From the NCBI GenBank assembly GCA_963665235.2, contig CAXXLX010000001.1, positions 576,001 to 640,000 on the forward strand: a stretch of 64,000 nucleotides of DNA, written 5' to 3'. Source of the DNA: Candidatus Poribacteria bacterium. Lineage in GTDB: Bacteria; Poribacteria; WGA-4E; WGA-3G. Under the pieces are notes generated by a model. It saw only the letters and a list, made by a program, of their open reading frames with translations. It ran no database searches and had not been told where the DNA came from. Position numbers and translations under genes: made by a program. Shown here one piece after another: positions 1 through 10,624 of the stretch (positions are counted from its first letter, which is position 1; each line of letters starts with the position of its first letter).

Positions 1-73
1 GAATCCGGAGGACTCTGATATTAAGGGGTTCATCATCAACGATGAGGATTTTTGCTAAGGCTTCACCCTTCAT
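1..73 (-). CDS. Response regulator, N-terminal receiver fragment (runs off window edge)
   Basis: ATG at 73 gives MKGEALAKILIVDDEPLNIRVLRI, a typical receiver start; overlaps the stop of 63..449. Confidence 0.75.
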   Translation of the reverse strand, partial: MKGEALAKILIVDDEPLNIRVLRI

Positions 74-449
74 TTTTATGTCCTTTGAGGGAACGTTCAA
101 CGCGTTCTACAAGTATTTGGATATCAATCGGCTTGCTCAGATAATCATCACATCCCGCTTTAAGGAATCGTTCCCGGTCGCCTGTCATTGCGGCGGCTGT
201 TAATGCGATAACTGGAATATTTTTCCAGGCGGGATTGGCTTTAATCTGTCGGGTGAGTGCTTCGCCGCTCTGTCCTGGCAGTGCGATGTCCATTAGGATA
301 AGCGCGGGAATTTCAGTTTTTAGATGGTCGAGGGCTTCTTCTGCGTCGCTTGCTTCTATGACCTCATACCCGTTGGATTGTAAGACGATGCGAACCACTT
401 TTCGGTTCAACGCCTGGTCCTCTATGACTAAAATCTGTTGTGATTTCAC
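63..449 (-). CDS. Single-domain response regulator (DivK/CheY-like)
   Basis: ILVIED, LILMDIALP, ALTA, YLSKP receiver motifs. Confidence 0.93.
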   Translation of the reverse strand: MKSQQILVIEDQALNRKVVRIVLQSNGYEVIEASDAEEALDHLKTEIPALILMDIALPGQSGEALTRQIKANPAWKNIPVIALTAAAMTGDRERFLKAGCDDYLSKPIDIQILVERVERSLKGHKNEG

Positions 450-2719
450 TGTTTCTGCTTTATTGGAATGCTGATTGAGAAATTACTTCCCTTCCCCTCT
501 TCGCTAGTGACTCGAATGGCTCCGCCGTGCAATTCAATCAAACGTTGTGTGAGTGCTAATCCGAGGCCGGTGCCGCCGTAGCGTCTTGATTTGGACGTAT
601 CAATTTGAGTAAAGGGGGCAAAGAGTTTCATCTGGTCCTCTTCAGCTATCCCTATTCCTGTATCAATGACTTGTGCGTGCAGTGCTGTGGGTGTGACCTC
701 AAGGTGCGTTGTCACTTTGCCGCCTTCTGGTGTAAATTTGATAGCATTTGAAAGTAGATTGTAAAAGATTTGCTTAACCTTGACACGGTCGGCTTCAATA
801 GTGCTATTTTGCTGGTATTGCAATGTAAGGGTGATGTTCTTTTGAAGAGCGAGGGCCTTTATAATTGCGTTGACCTCCTGAACGGCATCAACAATAGGGA
901 AAGACTCTAGGTGTAGTACCATTTTGCCGGCTTCGATTTTTGAGAGGTCGAGGATGTCGTTAATCATCTCGAGGAGGTGTTGTCCGCTGACGCGAATGTC
1001 GTTTGCACACTCCTTCTGTTCAGGGTTAAGGGTGCCGACCAGTTCATCTCTGAGAATTTCGGCGAACCCGATGATGGCATTTAAGGGTGTCCGCAATTCG
1101 TGGCTCATGTTTGCAAGAAAATCGCTTTTGGCTCTGCTGGCATATTCTGCGGTTTCCTTTGCATTTTGCATTGCGCGTTGTGCCCTTATCCGTTCGGTGA
1201 TGTCAAGTGCCATGCTAATCACGAGCTGCCTGCCATCTGGCAGTGCGCCGAGTGAGGATGAGCTGAATTCCCATATCTGTTTTTTGCCCGCTTTGGTTAT
1301 AACTACGTATTGTCCTTCAGTAATTCGTTCCTTTGTTTGGTGAACGTGTGCAAGGTATTCCTGAATCTGTTTGCTTTTTTCACTGTTAGCGTGTTCTAAC
1401 CATTTGGAGACCGTTTGCATATCCTCCGGGGTGTAGCCTGTCAGTTCGGTCCAGGTTCGGCTGATGAGTATGACTTCTCCATCTTCAGCGTGAATCATAA
1501 TGGGTAGGGGGGCGTTAAGGACAGCGCGTCGGAGCCGTTCTTCGCTTTTTTGGAGTTGGGTTTCCGCCTGTTTTCGGTCGGTGATGTCTGTTGAGGTTAA
1601 GACAAATCCAACAATCTCATTATCGGGTTTGATGGGTCCGATGCAGGAGGCGTACCAGTTTCCACTGATGCGTCCTTGTATTTCATAACTCGCGGCTCCG
1701 CCTGTTTCAGTGACCTTTTGACATGCCTGCCGAAATCGGTCGTGATGCTCGGGTGTCAAGAAATCAAAGACGCTTTTTCCGATAATATCTTTTATTTGAA
1801 TGTCGACACTTGATGGGAGTCGATTGACGAACGTCAATCGGTGGTTGAGGTCAAGTGTAGCAATAATATCTGGTGCACTTTCAACGAGGGAACGCCATTT
1901 TGCTTCGGAGTCGTGTAAGGCTTGAACTGCGCGATGGTACTCGGTAATATCTCGCGAGATACCGCACGTACCTTTTATACGTCCACTTCTATCCCGGATG
2001 GGGACTTTGGTGGTAGACACCCAGGTGTCTTGTCCATCGGGCCATGTCTCTTTTTCCTGTTTTCCCTCAAGCGGTTTTCCGGTTTCAATAACTGTGCGTT
2101 CGTCTTGGTATGCCTGTTGGGCGTGTTCGCGCGTAAAAAAATCGAAGTCACTTTTTCCAACGGCTTCTGCTGGATTTTGCAGGTTGAATCGCGCTGCTAA
2201 AGACCGGTTGATTCGGATAAACTGACTCTCTATGTCCTTAAAATAAATCTGGTCAGTCGTGTTGTCCATGAGGGTGTGAAGCAGGTTGCTTTCTTGGGTG
2301 TGCGTTTGTGCTAACTGCTGGAACCGTGTTTCACTTTCCCGGATTTTCGTTTCCAATTCCTTTTGCCGCGTGACATCGCGGGCTACAGCGGTATAGGTTG
2401 AATTGTCGGGGCCCACATTCACTACCCAGGCAAGCCATTTATACGTTCCATCTTTGCAAAGATACCGATTCTCGAAAGAGATGGGGCCCCCCATTTCTGT
2501 GCTCAGTTTTTCGAGTTTTGTTAGGGTAGCTTGCCTATCGTCTGGATGGACAAGTTCAAGCCACTGCCGGTTTTGGAGTTCTTCTTGGGTGAAACCGAGG
2601 GTTTGCTCCCAGGCAGGATTGAGCGGTACAAAATCGCCTGCTACCTGAATATAGGCGAACATATCCGAGGCTATCTCAAAAAAAGCGAAATCCTTGAAGG
2701 TTTCATAACCAAAAGACAT
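446..2719 (-). CDS. Multi-PAS sensor histidine kinase
   Basis: About four PAS/PAC repeats; H-box MSHELRTPLN; N-box NLLSNAIKF; G boxes DTGIG and GGTGLGL. Confidence 0.95.
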   Translation of the reverse strand: MSFGYETFKDFAFFEIASDMFAYIQVAGDFVPLNPAWEQTLGFTQEELQNRQWLELVHPDDRQATLTKLEKLSTEMGGPISFENRYLCKDGTYKWLAWVVNVGPDNSTYTAVARDVTRQKELETKIRESETRFQQLAQTHTQESNLLHTLMDNTTDQIYFKDIESQFIRINRSLAARFNLQNPAEAVGKSDFDFFTREHAQQAYQDERTVIETGKPLEGKQEKETWPDGQDTWVSTTKVPIRDRSGRIKGTCGISRDITEYHRAVQALHDSEAKWRSLVESAPDIIATLDLNHRLTFVNRLPSSVDIQIKDIIGKSVFDFLTPEHHDRFRQACQKVTETGGAASYEIQGRISGNWYASCIGPIKPDNEIVGFVLTSTDITDRKQAETQLQKSEERLRRAVLNAPLPIMIHAEDGEVILISRTWTELTGYTPEDMQTVSKWLEHANSEKSKQIQEYLAHVHQTKERITEGQYVVITKAGKKQIWEFSSSSLGALPDGRQLVISMALDITERIRAQRAMQNAKETAEYASRAKSDFLANMSHELRTPLNAIIGFAEILRDELVGTLNPEQKECANDIRVSGQHLLEMINDILDLSKIEAGKMVLHLESFPIVDAVQEVNAIIKALALQKNITLTLQYQQNSTIEADRVKVKQIFYNLLSNAIKFTPEGGKVTTHLEVTPTALHAQVIDTGIGIAEEDQMKLFAPFTQIDTSKSRRYGGTGLGLALTQRLIELHGGAIRVTSEEGKGSNFSISIPIKQKQ

Positions 2720-2811
2720 TTGATGTTTCCTTGCGGTTTGATAAGGATATAGGTGAAAAAACGTGCAAACCCATATATCCAGTCCGCCCGATGGTTGGAC
2801 TTACAGACCGA

Positions 2812-3455
2812 AAAAAAGCGGTATAATTGTAGCATAAACTTCCTAGTTTGTGCTACTATGTGGCAACTTGCACGCGAATATGTCAAGTCTTTTCGTCTAC
2901 TTTAAAAAAGCGGTATAATTGTAGCATAAACTTCCTAGTTTGTGCTACTATGTGGCAACTTGCACGCGAATATGTCAAGTCTTTTCGTCTACTTTAAAAA
3001 AGCGGTATAATTGTAGCATAAACTTCCTAGTTTGTGCTACTATGTGGCAACTTGCACGCGAATATGTCAAGTCTTTTCGTCTACTTTAAAAAAGCGGTAT
3101 AATTGTAGCATAAACTTCCTAGTTTGTGCTACTATGTGGCAACTTGCACGCGAATATGTCAAGTCTTTTCGTCTACTTTAAAAAAGCGGTATAATTGTAG
3201 CATAAACTTCCTAGTTTGTGCTACTATGTGGCAACTTGCACGCGAATATGTCAAGTCTTTTCGTCTACTTTAAAAAAGCGGTATAATTGTAGCATAAACT
3301 TCCTAGTTTGTGCTACTATGTGGCAACTTGCACGCGAATATGTCAAGTCTTTTCGTCTACTTTAAAAAAGCGGTATAATTGTAGCATAAACTTCCTAGTT
3401 TGTGCTACTATGTGGCAACTTGCACGCGAATATGTCAAGTCTTTTCGTCTACTTT
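2812..3455. repeat. Seven identical 92-bp tandem units, each with a GTAG-type REP-like hairpin
   Basis: GTATAATTG recurs at 2821, 2913, 3005, 3097, 3189, 3281, 3373; hairpin GTAGCATAAACT-TCCT-AGTTTGTGCTAC. Confidence 0.95.
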
Positions 3456-4210
3456 GTTACTAGAACGGCTCTATTTGCAAGTTTGACGACAGCCTGCGTG
3501 GTACTTTGGAAAACCATCTTATATAATTTTCCGTGATTGCTTGCACTGAGTGCGATTAGGTCACAATCATTCGCTTCAGCATTTTCCAAGATATTGGTTA
3601 CGTTAAAACCGGACGCGGTGAGAAATTCAGATGGTATCTCGTAGTATTTGAGATAATTTTTCATCTGTTGCTCAATCGCGTTCGCTTCCTGTCGTGTATT
3701 GGAAAGTGCAAGGCCGCATATTTCCGATTTTGTCCGTTCTGCAATTTCAGCAGTGAGGGTGAGGACGCTGTCAGAATAAAGGTCGCCGTGATGGACTACC
3801 AAAATTTTCCGTAATAGCTTGCACTGTTGATGTACAATAAGAATAGGTTTGGTAATATTTGCAAGGATATGGTCGATGTGGTTCTGAATAAGCTTCAGCT
3901 CTTGTGTTTCTGTTTTTTCCGGAAATCCAACGACGACTAAATCAGCGGTACGTGCTTTTTGGCAGAGCAGCTGTTGGGGATTTCCGGTGAGCGTCTCGAC
4001 GTGATAATCCAAGAAGTCATAAAGCGCGCACTCTTCTCGGGTGCGCTGCATCACTGCTTCAGCAACATCGGCATTTCCACCGTGCTGGCTGTCCTGAAAA
4101 AACACACAAGAGAGATGTGTTCCTAAAAGGACCGCAAGTTGGCCTGCGTAATAAAAGGCACTTTTCTTATAATCGGTATCGCCTATAGAAACAAGAATGT
4201 TTTTTATCAT
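3449..4210 (-). CDS. Universal stress protein (tandem USP domains)
   Basis: IKNILV start, ADLVVVG, DLIAL, STTQAVV...AVLV USP motifs. Confidence 0.85.
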   Translation of the reverse strand: MIKNILVSIGDTDYKKSAFYYAGQLAVLLGTHLSCVFFQDSQHGGNADVAEAVMQRTREECALYDFLDYHVETLTGNPQQLLCQKARTADLVVVGFPEKTETQELKLIQNHIDHILANITKPILIVHQQCKLLRKILVVHHGDLYSDSVLTLTAEIAERTKSEICGLALSNTRQEANAIEQQMKNYLKYYEIPSEFLTASGFNVTNILENAEANDCDLIALSASNHGKLYKMVFQSTTQAVVKLANRAVLVTK

Positions 4211-4451
4211 TCGGATACTCTCCAGTGAAAATTACCGCGTATTGGCTCATGTAAAGAACAAGTGCATAAGAAAATTTAACCCTTGTGGCCATTGCGTTTA
4301 TTAGAACGATCGCACACATCTTTAACATGAGCCAGTTTCTGAAGCGGGTGATGAGTTTCGCTAGGACAATCGCAGCATTAAAAATAGATGCATCGGGCTG
4401 GACAATCGTAGCGAGCGATTGCCCAAATTGCGGTCGGTTTTGCCGAAATTC

Positions 4452-4799
4452 TTATTTCTCGCTTCCCAGCCCGGCAACTGCTTCGTCTTCAGTATCGTAA
4501 TGTTCAAAAATACTGACAAGCCGACTGCGCACAATCAGGTTTTTGATATTTTTTCCGACGTTGATGACACCAATTCTGCCATCCTGCCGGGTGGCTTTAA
4601 CATGCGCTCCCATCAGGGTTCCAAGTCCTGAGCTGTCCATCATATTGACCTTCTCGAAGTTAATCAGGAGCCTCGGCGAATCGGCAGTATCTATCTGTGC
4701 GTCAAGCGCGTCACGCAAATCGACTACTGCAGCTCCCATAATTTTACCGGTGGGTTCCAAAATTGTAACCCCCTCTCTAGTTCGAACTGTTGTTGGCAT
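4452..4799 (-). CDS. STAS-domain anti-sigma factor antagonist
   Basis: INFEKVNMMDSSGLG motif, 115 aa, GAGGAG RBS. Confidence 0.92.
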   Translation of the reverse strand: MPTTVRTREGVTILEPTGKIMGAAVVDLRDALDAQIDTADSPRLLINFEKVNMMDSSGLGTLMGAHVKATRQDGRIGVINVGKNIKNLIVRSRLVSIFEHYDTEDEAVAGLGSEK

Positions 4800-4835
4800 C
4801 GTTTCCTCCTCTTTACTCTTTAATTTGCTTTTACA

Positions 4836-4986
4836 ACGTGAGCTTGATAATAAATATCCGTTTGCTCTAAACCTTTTTCACCGCGAAAAAAGCAGCATAA
4901 TTGTAGCACATACTTCCTAGTTTGTGCAGTTTTTTGCTAAAACTACCAGAGAACGCTCTAGGTCAAAACTTTTTTCAAACTCGCGT
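4836..4986. mobile_element. 151-bp MITE (family B) containing a REP-like hairpin
   Basis: TIR ACGTGAGCTTGA/TCAAACTCGCGT; 7-bp direct repeat TTTTACA on both flanks; homologous inverted copy at 28929-29234. Confidence 0.8.
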
Positions 4987-5144
4987 TTTTACACAAAAAT
5001 TAACCTAACACTTTTTAAATTATATACAATTTTGGATTAATTGTCAAGAGAAAAATTAAAAAGCACCGGGAAATTTCGCTTGTATTTATTTAAAAATTCG
5101 ATTATACTTAAAAAAATTGAACTTGGATTACTTTAGTGTCTAAC

Positions 5145-5229
5145 GGACTTACGCAAATACGTGCCAGATTGTAGGAAGATGGCTTTAGACTTTCTGATAG
5201 CGCGGAGTTGGAATAATTGCGTGAGTTCT
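5145..5229. mobile_element. Short MITE-like element (GGACTTACGCA end family)
   Basis: GGACTTACGCAA...TTGCGTGAGTTC inverted ends; same ends at 50084-50195. Confidence 0.6.
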
Positions 5230-5264
5230 GATACAAAAACTTCAGATTAATAGAAAGGAACACA

Positions 5265-6026
5265 ATGTCCGACTACAGCATTGACCCGACCCGTTTACGT
5301 ATCAAAGACCTACCGAAGGATGAACGGCCTCGGGAACGACTTTACAAACACGGGCCTGCACAATTGAAAACATCCGAGCTGCTCGCGATAATTCTCAAAA
5401 GCGGTTTCCAAGGCACCACCGCACTCCAACTTGGTGAACAAATCCTGACCGCCTACGATAATGACCTGAAACGGATGGCAGATAACCGAGCGAAGCAATT
5501 TGAATCGATTAAAGGGGTGGGTGAGGCGAAAGCTTCACAAATCGTCGCCGCTTTTGAATTAGGCAGACGACTCGCACGTTCACATGCTGAACGCGTTAAG
5601 ATTACTTCTCCTACGGATGTCGCTGATTTGATGATGCCGTTGATGCGAGACCTTCGAAAAGAGGTTGTTTGTGTCATGTGCCTCGACACTAAAGGCGGGG
5701 TGACGACACAGGGAATCGCAGGAGACGAGGATAATGAGATCCACTGGGGGAAAAAACTTATCGCCGAAGAGAAGGTATTTGAAGGAACCTTAAACGCAAG
5801 CGTTTTCCATCCGCGTGAAATCTTTCGGTTTGCCATTGAAGAATCGGCAAATTCTATCGTGCTTGCACATAATCACCCCTCCGGTGACCCGCAACCGAGC
5901 CAGGAGGATATCCGAGCGACGAAACAGCTGATTGAGGCGGGGAACTACGTCGGTATTAAGGTGCTAGACCATATTATTATCGGCGACGGCATCTTTTATA
6001 GCCTAAAAGAGGAGGGGGTTATCTAA
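5265..6026 (+). CDS. radC: RadC family JAB-domain protein
   Basis: ERPRERL, GVGEAKA, HPREIF, AHNHPSGDPQPS.ED, LDHIII motifs. Confidence 0.93.
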   Translation: MSDYSIDPTRLRIKDLPKDERPRERLYKHGPAQLKTSELLAIILKSGFQGTTALQLGEQILTAYDNDLKRMADNRAKQFESIKGVGEAKASQIVAAFELGRRLARSHAERVKITSPTDVADLMMPLMRDLRKEVVCVMCLDTKGGVTTQGIAGDEDNEIHWGKKLIAEEKVFEGTLNASVFHPREIFRFAIEESANSIVLAHNHPSGDPQPSQEDIRATKQLIEAGNYVGIKVLDHIIIGDGIFYSLKEEGVI

Positions 6027-6210
6027 CCCTGCTGTCCACTACTGTTTGGCAGAATCAAACAGATTACCGCAACATAGACAGATGCTCCCGCTTATCCGGG
6101 GTAGACACGCCTGAACTGTATAAGAAAAATCGCTGTGTTTGTCCACCAAACGCCTTATATTGCAGCACCGCAGCGATATAAGGGGTATCTCAAAACATGG
6201 AGGATTCACG

Positions 6211-7273
6211 ATGCATAGAAAATGGAATTGGGGAGTTGTTATCTTATTAACGGCCACTGTTTTCCTACTGACACAGTGTAACACCAACATAACACCGGAA
6301 GTTGCTTTTGAGCCACCGGAAGTCACGGAAAAAATTAAGGATGCCGCCAAACCGCCACCCCCCGGCGAAACCGAAACGAGCGGATTTTGGCATGGCGACC
6401 ATTGGTATAAAACAAAACCGCCTCCACTTCAAGGAAAAAAACTATCGCATATCACCGAAAAACCGGATATTACCGAAGAGGAGTTTTATGCAAGCTTTGG
6501 ACTTGTACCACCCCCTGAAGGCTTCTACTATCGCGTGCACGCTGATAATACCCCGGTATTAGACGAAAACGGCAAACCTCGTCTGTTCACCTACTATGAA
6601 CCTATCTTTGTCTTGCATTGATTTTGCCCCCACGCCCAAACAGTATGCACATTATCAAAAATTGGTGAGTGAGCTAGAGGCTGCATATAATACCATTTCT
6701 AATTGGAAATGCATAAACTTCCTGCACTTTATTGTAGCATAAACTTCCAGTTTGTGCACTTTATTGTAGCATAAACTTCCAGTTTGTGCACTTTATTGTA
6801 GCATAAACTTCCAGTTTGTGCACTTTATTGTAGCATAAACTTCCAGTTTGTTCTTTATTGTAGCATAAACTTCCAGTTTGTGCACTTTATTTTCCAGTTT
6901 GTGCACTTTATTGTAGCATAAACTTCCAGTTTGTGCACTTTATTGTAGCATAAACTTCCAGTTTGTGAGCATCATAAACTTCCAGTTTGTGTCTTCCGTT
7001 CTCCGTTTGATTTCTAACAACCGGTAATGATAGAATAATTAATAAAAATGGTATAAGAACAAGGATAACGCGGAATACGCACGTATTACCGCTAAAATTG
7101 ATGCATTCAAAGCATCAGCGCAAGGTGAAATCCCTGATTTTACATATACCGCTGCAACCCCAACCTCTGTGTATGAAACAGAGGCGTACCAAAATGAAAT
7201 AAGCCGTAGAGCCAAAGAAATGCGCGCCAAACTATACGAAGAATGGGGACTAGGACACTTACCCGCCTACTAA
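6211..7273 (+). pseudogene. Secreted hypothetical protein broken by a frameshift (~6618) and a MITE
   Basis: Signal-peptide-like N-terminus; second frame DFAPTPKQYAH...LEAAY; removing 6691-7056 joins in frame to KNKDNAEYARITAK...GHLPAY stop at 7273. Confidence 0.75.
6691..7053. mobile_element. 363-bp MITE with TAA target duplication, carrying a 32-bp REP tandem array
   Basis: TIR TACCATTT/AAATGGTA; TAA at 6688-6690 and 7054-7056; about 8-9 imperfect copies of TTGTAGCATAAACTTCCAGTTTGTGCACTTTA. Confidence 0.8.
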
Positions 7274-7369
7274 CTATGAAACTCCAGATTTATTTGCAAA
7301 AGGTGCTATCACGTCAGGAATTACGCAAATTTAGCACACAGGGACAGATGTAGAACGTTCCGTGACAAA

Positions 7370-7609
7370 TTAACCCCCCCGGACGAACTTCACATCCGGC
7401 CCACGGGGGGTAATTTTAATATCGGGGTCATCAACCTGACATTGGACGCAGGTGATGGGACCGACATTTGCTGTTTCCATCCGCGGGGCGAGTTTTCCGA
7501 GTTTAAAGGCGAATCGCAACATATCATCTGCGGAGATTGTGTTGTCGCAGTTATTGCAGGGTACGCCTTCGCCTGCTTTCAGTTGGTCTAAAAGTTCTGA
7601 TGCTTTCAT
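7370..7609 (-). CDS. Small hypothetical protein with two CxxC motifs (putative Zn-binding)
   Basis: AAGGAG RBS before ATG 7609; CNNC and CVQC. Confidence 0.7.
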   Translation of the reverse strand: MKASELLDQLKAGEGVPCNNCDNTISADDMLRFAFKLGKLAPRMETANVGPITCVQCQVDDPDIKITPRGPDVKFVRGG

Positions 7610-7688
7610 GAGATTGAGACTCCTTTGATAGTTTATGATGTTGGCGAGAGGTTTCAGGTTGCCCAATTCCGTAGGCATACCCATCTTC

Positions 7689-9554
7689 TTAAAGGAAGTA
7701 CCGCTCTTTCCGTTTCGCTTCCTGATAGTCTTGATACGCCTGCTTCGCTGTGTCTGTTTCTGACACCTCTGCAACTGGCACATCCCACCACGATTCATAT
7801 TGGGGGACATGTCCATCAAAATCCACGTCAATTTTGACGACCGTTGTCTGTGTAGACTCTCGGGCTGCCTGAAGGGCAACCTTTAAGCTCTGTGGGGTTG
7901 TCGCTTCAATGACGTTAGCGCCGAGGCTTTCCGCGTTCGCTGCAAGGTCGACCGGTAGGAGGTCGCCGCTGAGCTCTCCTGTGTTTTTGTCCCGATATCG
8001 GAATCGGGTGGCGAACCCTTGTGCACCGCTTGCCTTTGATAATCCGCCGATGCTGCTGTGTCCATCGTTATTGATAAGCACAATAATCAACTTAAAGTTT
8101 TCCTGAATAGCCGTGATAATTTCCTGTGCCAGCATGAGATATGAGCCGTCCCCGACGAGTACATACACGTCGCGTGTCGGGTCAGCCATTTTTATGCCTA
8201 AGCCGCCTGCGATTTCGTAACCCATGCAGGAGTATCCGTATTCGAGATGGTACTGTTTTGGGTTGCGTGTCCGCCACAGTTTGTGGAGGTCGCCGGGCAA
8301 ACTTCCTGCAGCACAAACGACAACATCTTCCGGGTGCGAAAATTCATTAACAACGCCAATAACCTCACTCTGACTGGGCAGCGGTTTGTGGTCGAGGTGA
8401 TAGAGCCTGTCCACTTCGGCTTCCCAGGCTTCACGGAAATTTTCGATGCGCGTTGCATACTCGGCATCAATTCGGTATGTTTCAACGGCGGCGGTAAGTT
8501 CAGTAAGCGTGACGCGAGCGTCAGCGACTAACGGCAAGGCGGCGTGTTTTGCGGCATCGAATTCGGCAATATTGATAGTGATAAACCGGACCTCCGGATT
8601 TTGGAAGGCGGTTTTAGATGCAGTGGTGAAATCGCTCAGCCGTGTGCCGATAGCAATGACGAGGTCAGCTTCGCGTGCGGCGATATTTGCACCGGGCGTG
8701 CCTGTAGCCCCAATCGCGCCCAGGTTCTGTGGATGGTCATATCGGAGCGACCCCTTGCCAGCAAAGGTTTCACCGACAGGAATACCGGTTTGCGATGCAA
8801 ACTGTGCCAACTGCTCCGTTGCCTCACTATAGATAGTGCCACCCCCAGTGATGATTAACGGCCGTTTACTTGCAGCTATCCATTCGGCAGCCCGTTTCAA
8901 TAAATTCCTATCCGCACGCGGTCTTGGAACGGTATACACCCGTTTTTCAAAAAGCTCTATAGGGTAGGGGTATGCCTCTGCTTGTACATCTTGAGGCAAT
9001 GCTATTGTCACTGTGCCTGTTTCTGCTTGAGAGGTGAGTACGCGCATCGCCTCCGGCAGTGCGGTGATTATCTGCTCCGGGCGATTGATGCGGTCCCAAT
9101 ATCGGGAAATCGGTTTGAAGCAATCGTTGACCGAAATGTCTTGTGAGCTGGGGGATTCTAATTGCTGCAAAACGGGGGCGACCAGACGCGTTGAAAAAAT
9201 ATCACCCGGCAATAGCAGCACCGGCAGTCGATTAATAGTTGCCCCTGCCGCTCCGGTAATCATGTTGGTTGCTCCCGGTCCGATAGAGGTAGTGCAGGCA
9301 AAGGTGCGGAGGCGGTTATTCATCTTTGCATAAGCCGCAGCGGTATGCACCATCGCTTGTTCATTGCGCGTCTGATAAAACCGGAATGTGTCCGAGTATT
9401 GATGCAGTGCCTGTCCGATACCTGCCACGTTTCCGTGTCCGAAGATGCCGAACATGCCAGCAAAAAACGCTGTCTCTTTCCCGTCACGTTCGACGTATTG
9501 CTGCTTCAGAAATTGAACGACTGCTTGTCCCATCGTGAGTTTTTGCGTATTCAT
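7689..9554 (-). CDS. iolD: 3D-(3,5/4)-trihydroxycyclohexane-1,2-dione acylhydrolase
   Basis: GIFGHGNVAG, TSIGPGATN, HLEYGYSCMGYE, GDGSYLM, WWDVPV. Confidence 0.95.
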   Translation of the reverse strand: MNTQKLTMGQAVVQFLKQQYVERDGKETAFFAGMFGIFGHGNVAGIGQALHQYSDTFRFYQTRNEQAMVHTAAAYAKMNNRLRTFACTTSIGPGATNMITGAAGATINRLPVLLLPGDIFSTRLVAPVLQQLESPSSQDISVNDCFKPISRYWDRINRPEQIITALPEAMRVLTSQAETGTVTIALPQDVQAEAYPYPIELFEKRVYTVPRPRADRNLLKRAAEWIAASKRPLIITGGGTIYSEATEQLAQFASQTGIPVGETFAGKGSLRYDHPQNLGAIGATGTPGANIAAREADLVIAIGTRLSDFTTASKTAFQNPEVRFITINIAEFDAAKHAALPLVADARVTLTELTAAVETYRIDAEYATRIENFREAWEAEVDRLYHLDHKPLPSQSEVIGVVNEFSHPEDVVVCAAGSLPGDLHKLWRTRNPKQYHLEYGYSCMGYEIAGGLGIKMADPTRDVYVLVGDGSYLMLAQEIITAIQENFKLIIVLINNDGHSSIGGLSKASGAQGFATRFRYRDKNTGELSGDLLPVDLAANAESLGANVIEATTPQSLKVALQAARESTQTTVVKIDVDFDGHVPQYESWWDVPVAEVSETDTAKQAYQDYQEAKRKERYFL

Positions 9555-9563
9555 TTTTCTCTC

Positions 9564-10571
9564 CTATAAATTGCCGCGTTTGGCGACAAAAGTCTCAACT
9601 TCTGCCATGGTAGGCATAAAGTTTGCACATCCGTGCCGTGTGACGACGATTGCTCCGGTGGCATTTCCGAGGCGTGCGGACTTTTGCCAATCCCACTCGT
9701 TTAAGATACCGTAGATAAAGCCGCTTGCAAATGCGTCTCCTGCCCCGAGTGTATTATAGACCTCAACAGGAAAAGGTGCGGCGTGAATCACTTCTCCCTG
9801 CTTCAAATAGATGTCTGCCCCTTCAACGCCGCGTTTGACGATTAACGCTTCAGGCCCTCTGTCCAAAATCGTATCGATTGCAAGTGCCAGGTCTCCCGCA
9901 ATGTTAGGATTTGAGACCTGAGAGTGTTCTATTGACAGATTGGCAACGTCGGTGAGGGCTGTGGCTTTGACCTCTTCTTCGGTTCCGATGGCGATGTCGA
10001 TATTGCGTAGGGCGGCTCGGACGTTTACACCGAATGCGCGCGGGTCGTGCCATTGGTCTGCGCGAAAATCCAAATCCAGAAAGACCTGTTTTCGCAATAT
10101 ATTGGCTTGTTCTGCTGCGTAGAGTGTAGCACTCCGGCTCGGTTCTTTGCTGAGCCCGGTTCCCGATATTAACACAGCCTGACTTTGTGCAATCGGGGCG
10201 GCGAGGACATCGTCAATTGTGAGCTCAATATCCGCACAGTTATCGCGGTAATAGACAAGTGGAAAGCGGTCAGGCGGTTCAATTCCGAGGACAACAGCAC
10301 TCGTTCGGTATCCGTTTTTGTGTGCGATGAACTGCGTTTCGACACCCTCTGCCTTCAGAAATCGGAGGAGGAATTCACCGACCGGGTCGTCCCCGATAGC
10401 GGTCAGGAGAGCGGAGCGGAGTCCAAGTCGGCGTGTTCCTACGCTGATATTGGTTGGACATCCCCCGACGAATGCGCCGAAGCTGGTAATTTCAGGAAAA
10501 GGACTGCCAATATCGTTGGAATATAGGTCTAATGAACTCCTGCCGATTGCAAGAATATGATATGTTTGCAT
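9564..10571 (-). CDS. iolC: 5-dehydro-2-deoxygluconokinase (PfkB family)
   Basis: IGRSSLDLY, GIEPPDRFPLVYYR, LGAGDAF; adjacent to iolD. Confidence 0.92.
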   Translation of the reverse strand: MQTYHILAIGRSSLDLYSNDIGSPFPEITSFGAFVGGCPTNISVGTRRLGLRSALLTAIGDDPVGEFLLRFLKAEGVETQFIAHKNGYRTSAVVLGIEPPDRFPLVYYRDNCADIELTIDDVLAAPIAQSQAVLISGTGLSKEPSRSATLYAAEQANILRKQVFLDLDFRADQWHDPRAFGVNVRAALRNIDIAIGTEEEVKATALTDVANLSIEHSQVSNPNIAGDLALAIDTILDRGPEALIVKRGVEGADIYLKQGEVIHAAPFPVEVYNTLGAGDAFASGFIYGILNEWDWQKSARLGNATGAIVVTRHGCANFMPTMAEVETFVAKRGNL

Positions 10572-10624
10572 TGTGTGGTCCGTTTCCGAATTTTGGATGT
10601 CCGCCAGGGCGTGTCCTATATTTT

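Noticed and set aside
2812-3455. CRISPR array
   Set aside because: Units are identical over their full length, with no unique spacers and no cas genes.
5265-6026. RadC as a marker of an integrative element
   Set aside because: It is the full-length chromosomal form with an N-terminal HhH region, and no integrase or conjugation genes are nearby.
6619-6621. TGA as a second selenocysteine codon
   Set aside because: There is no redox motif, and the plausible continuation is in another frame, so it is a frameshift.
6711-6990. CRISPR array (32-bp palindromic repeat)
   Set aside because: Repeats are contiguous with no spacers and lie inside a TIR/TSD-bounded element.
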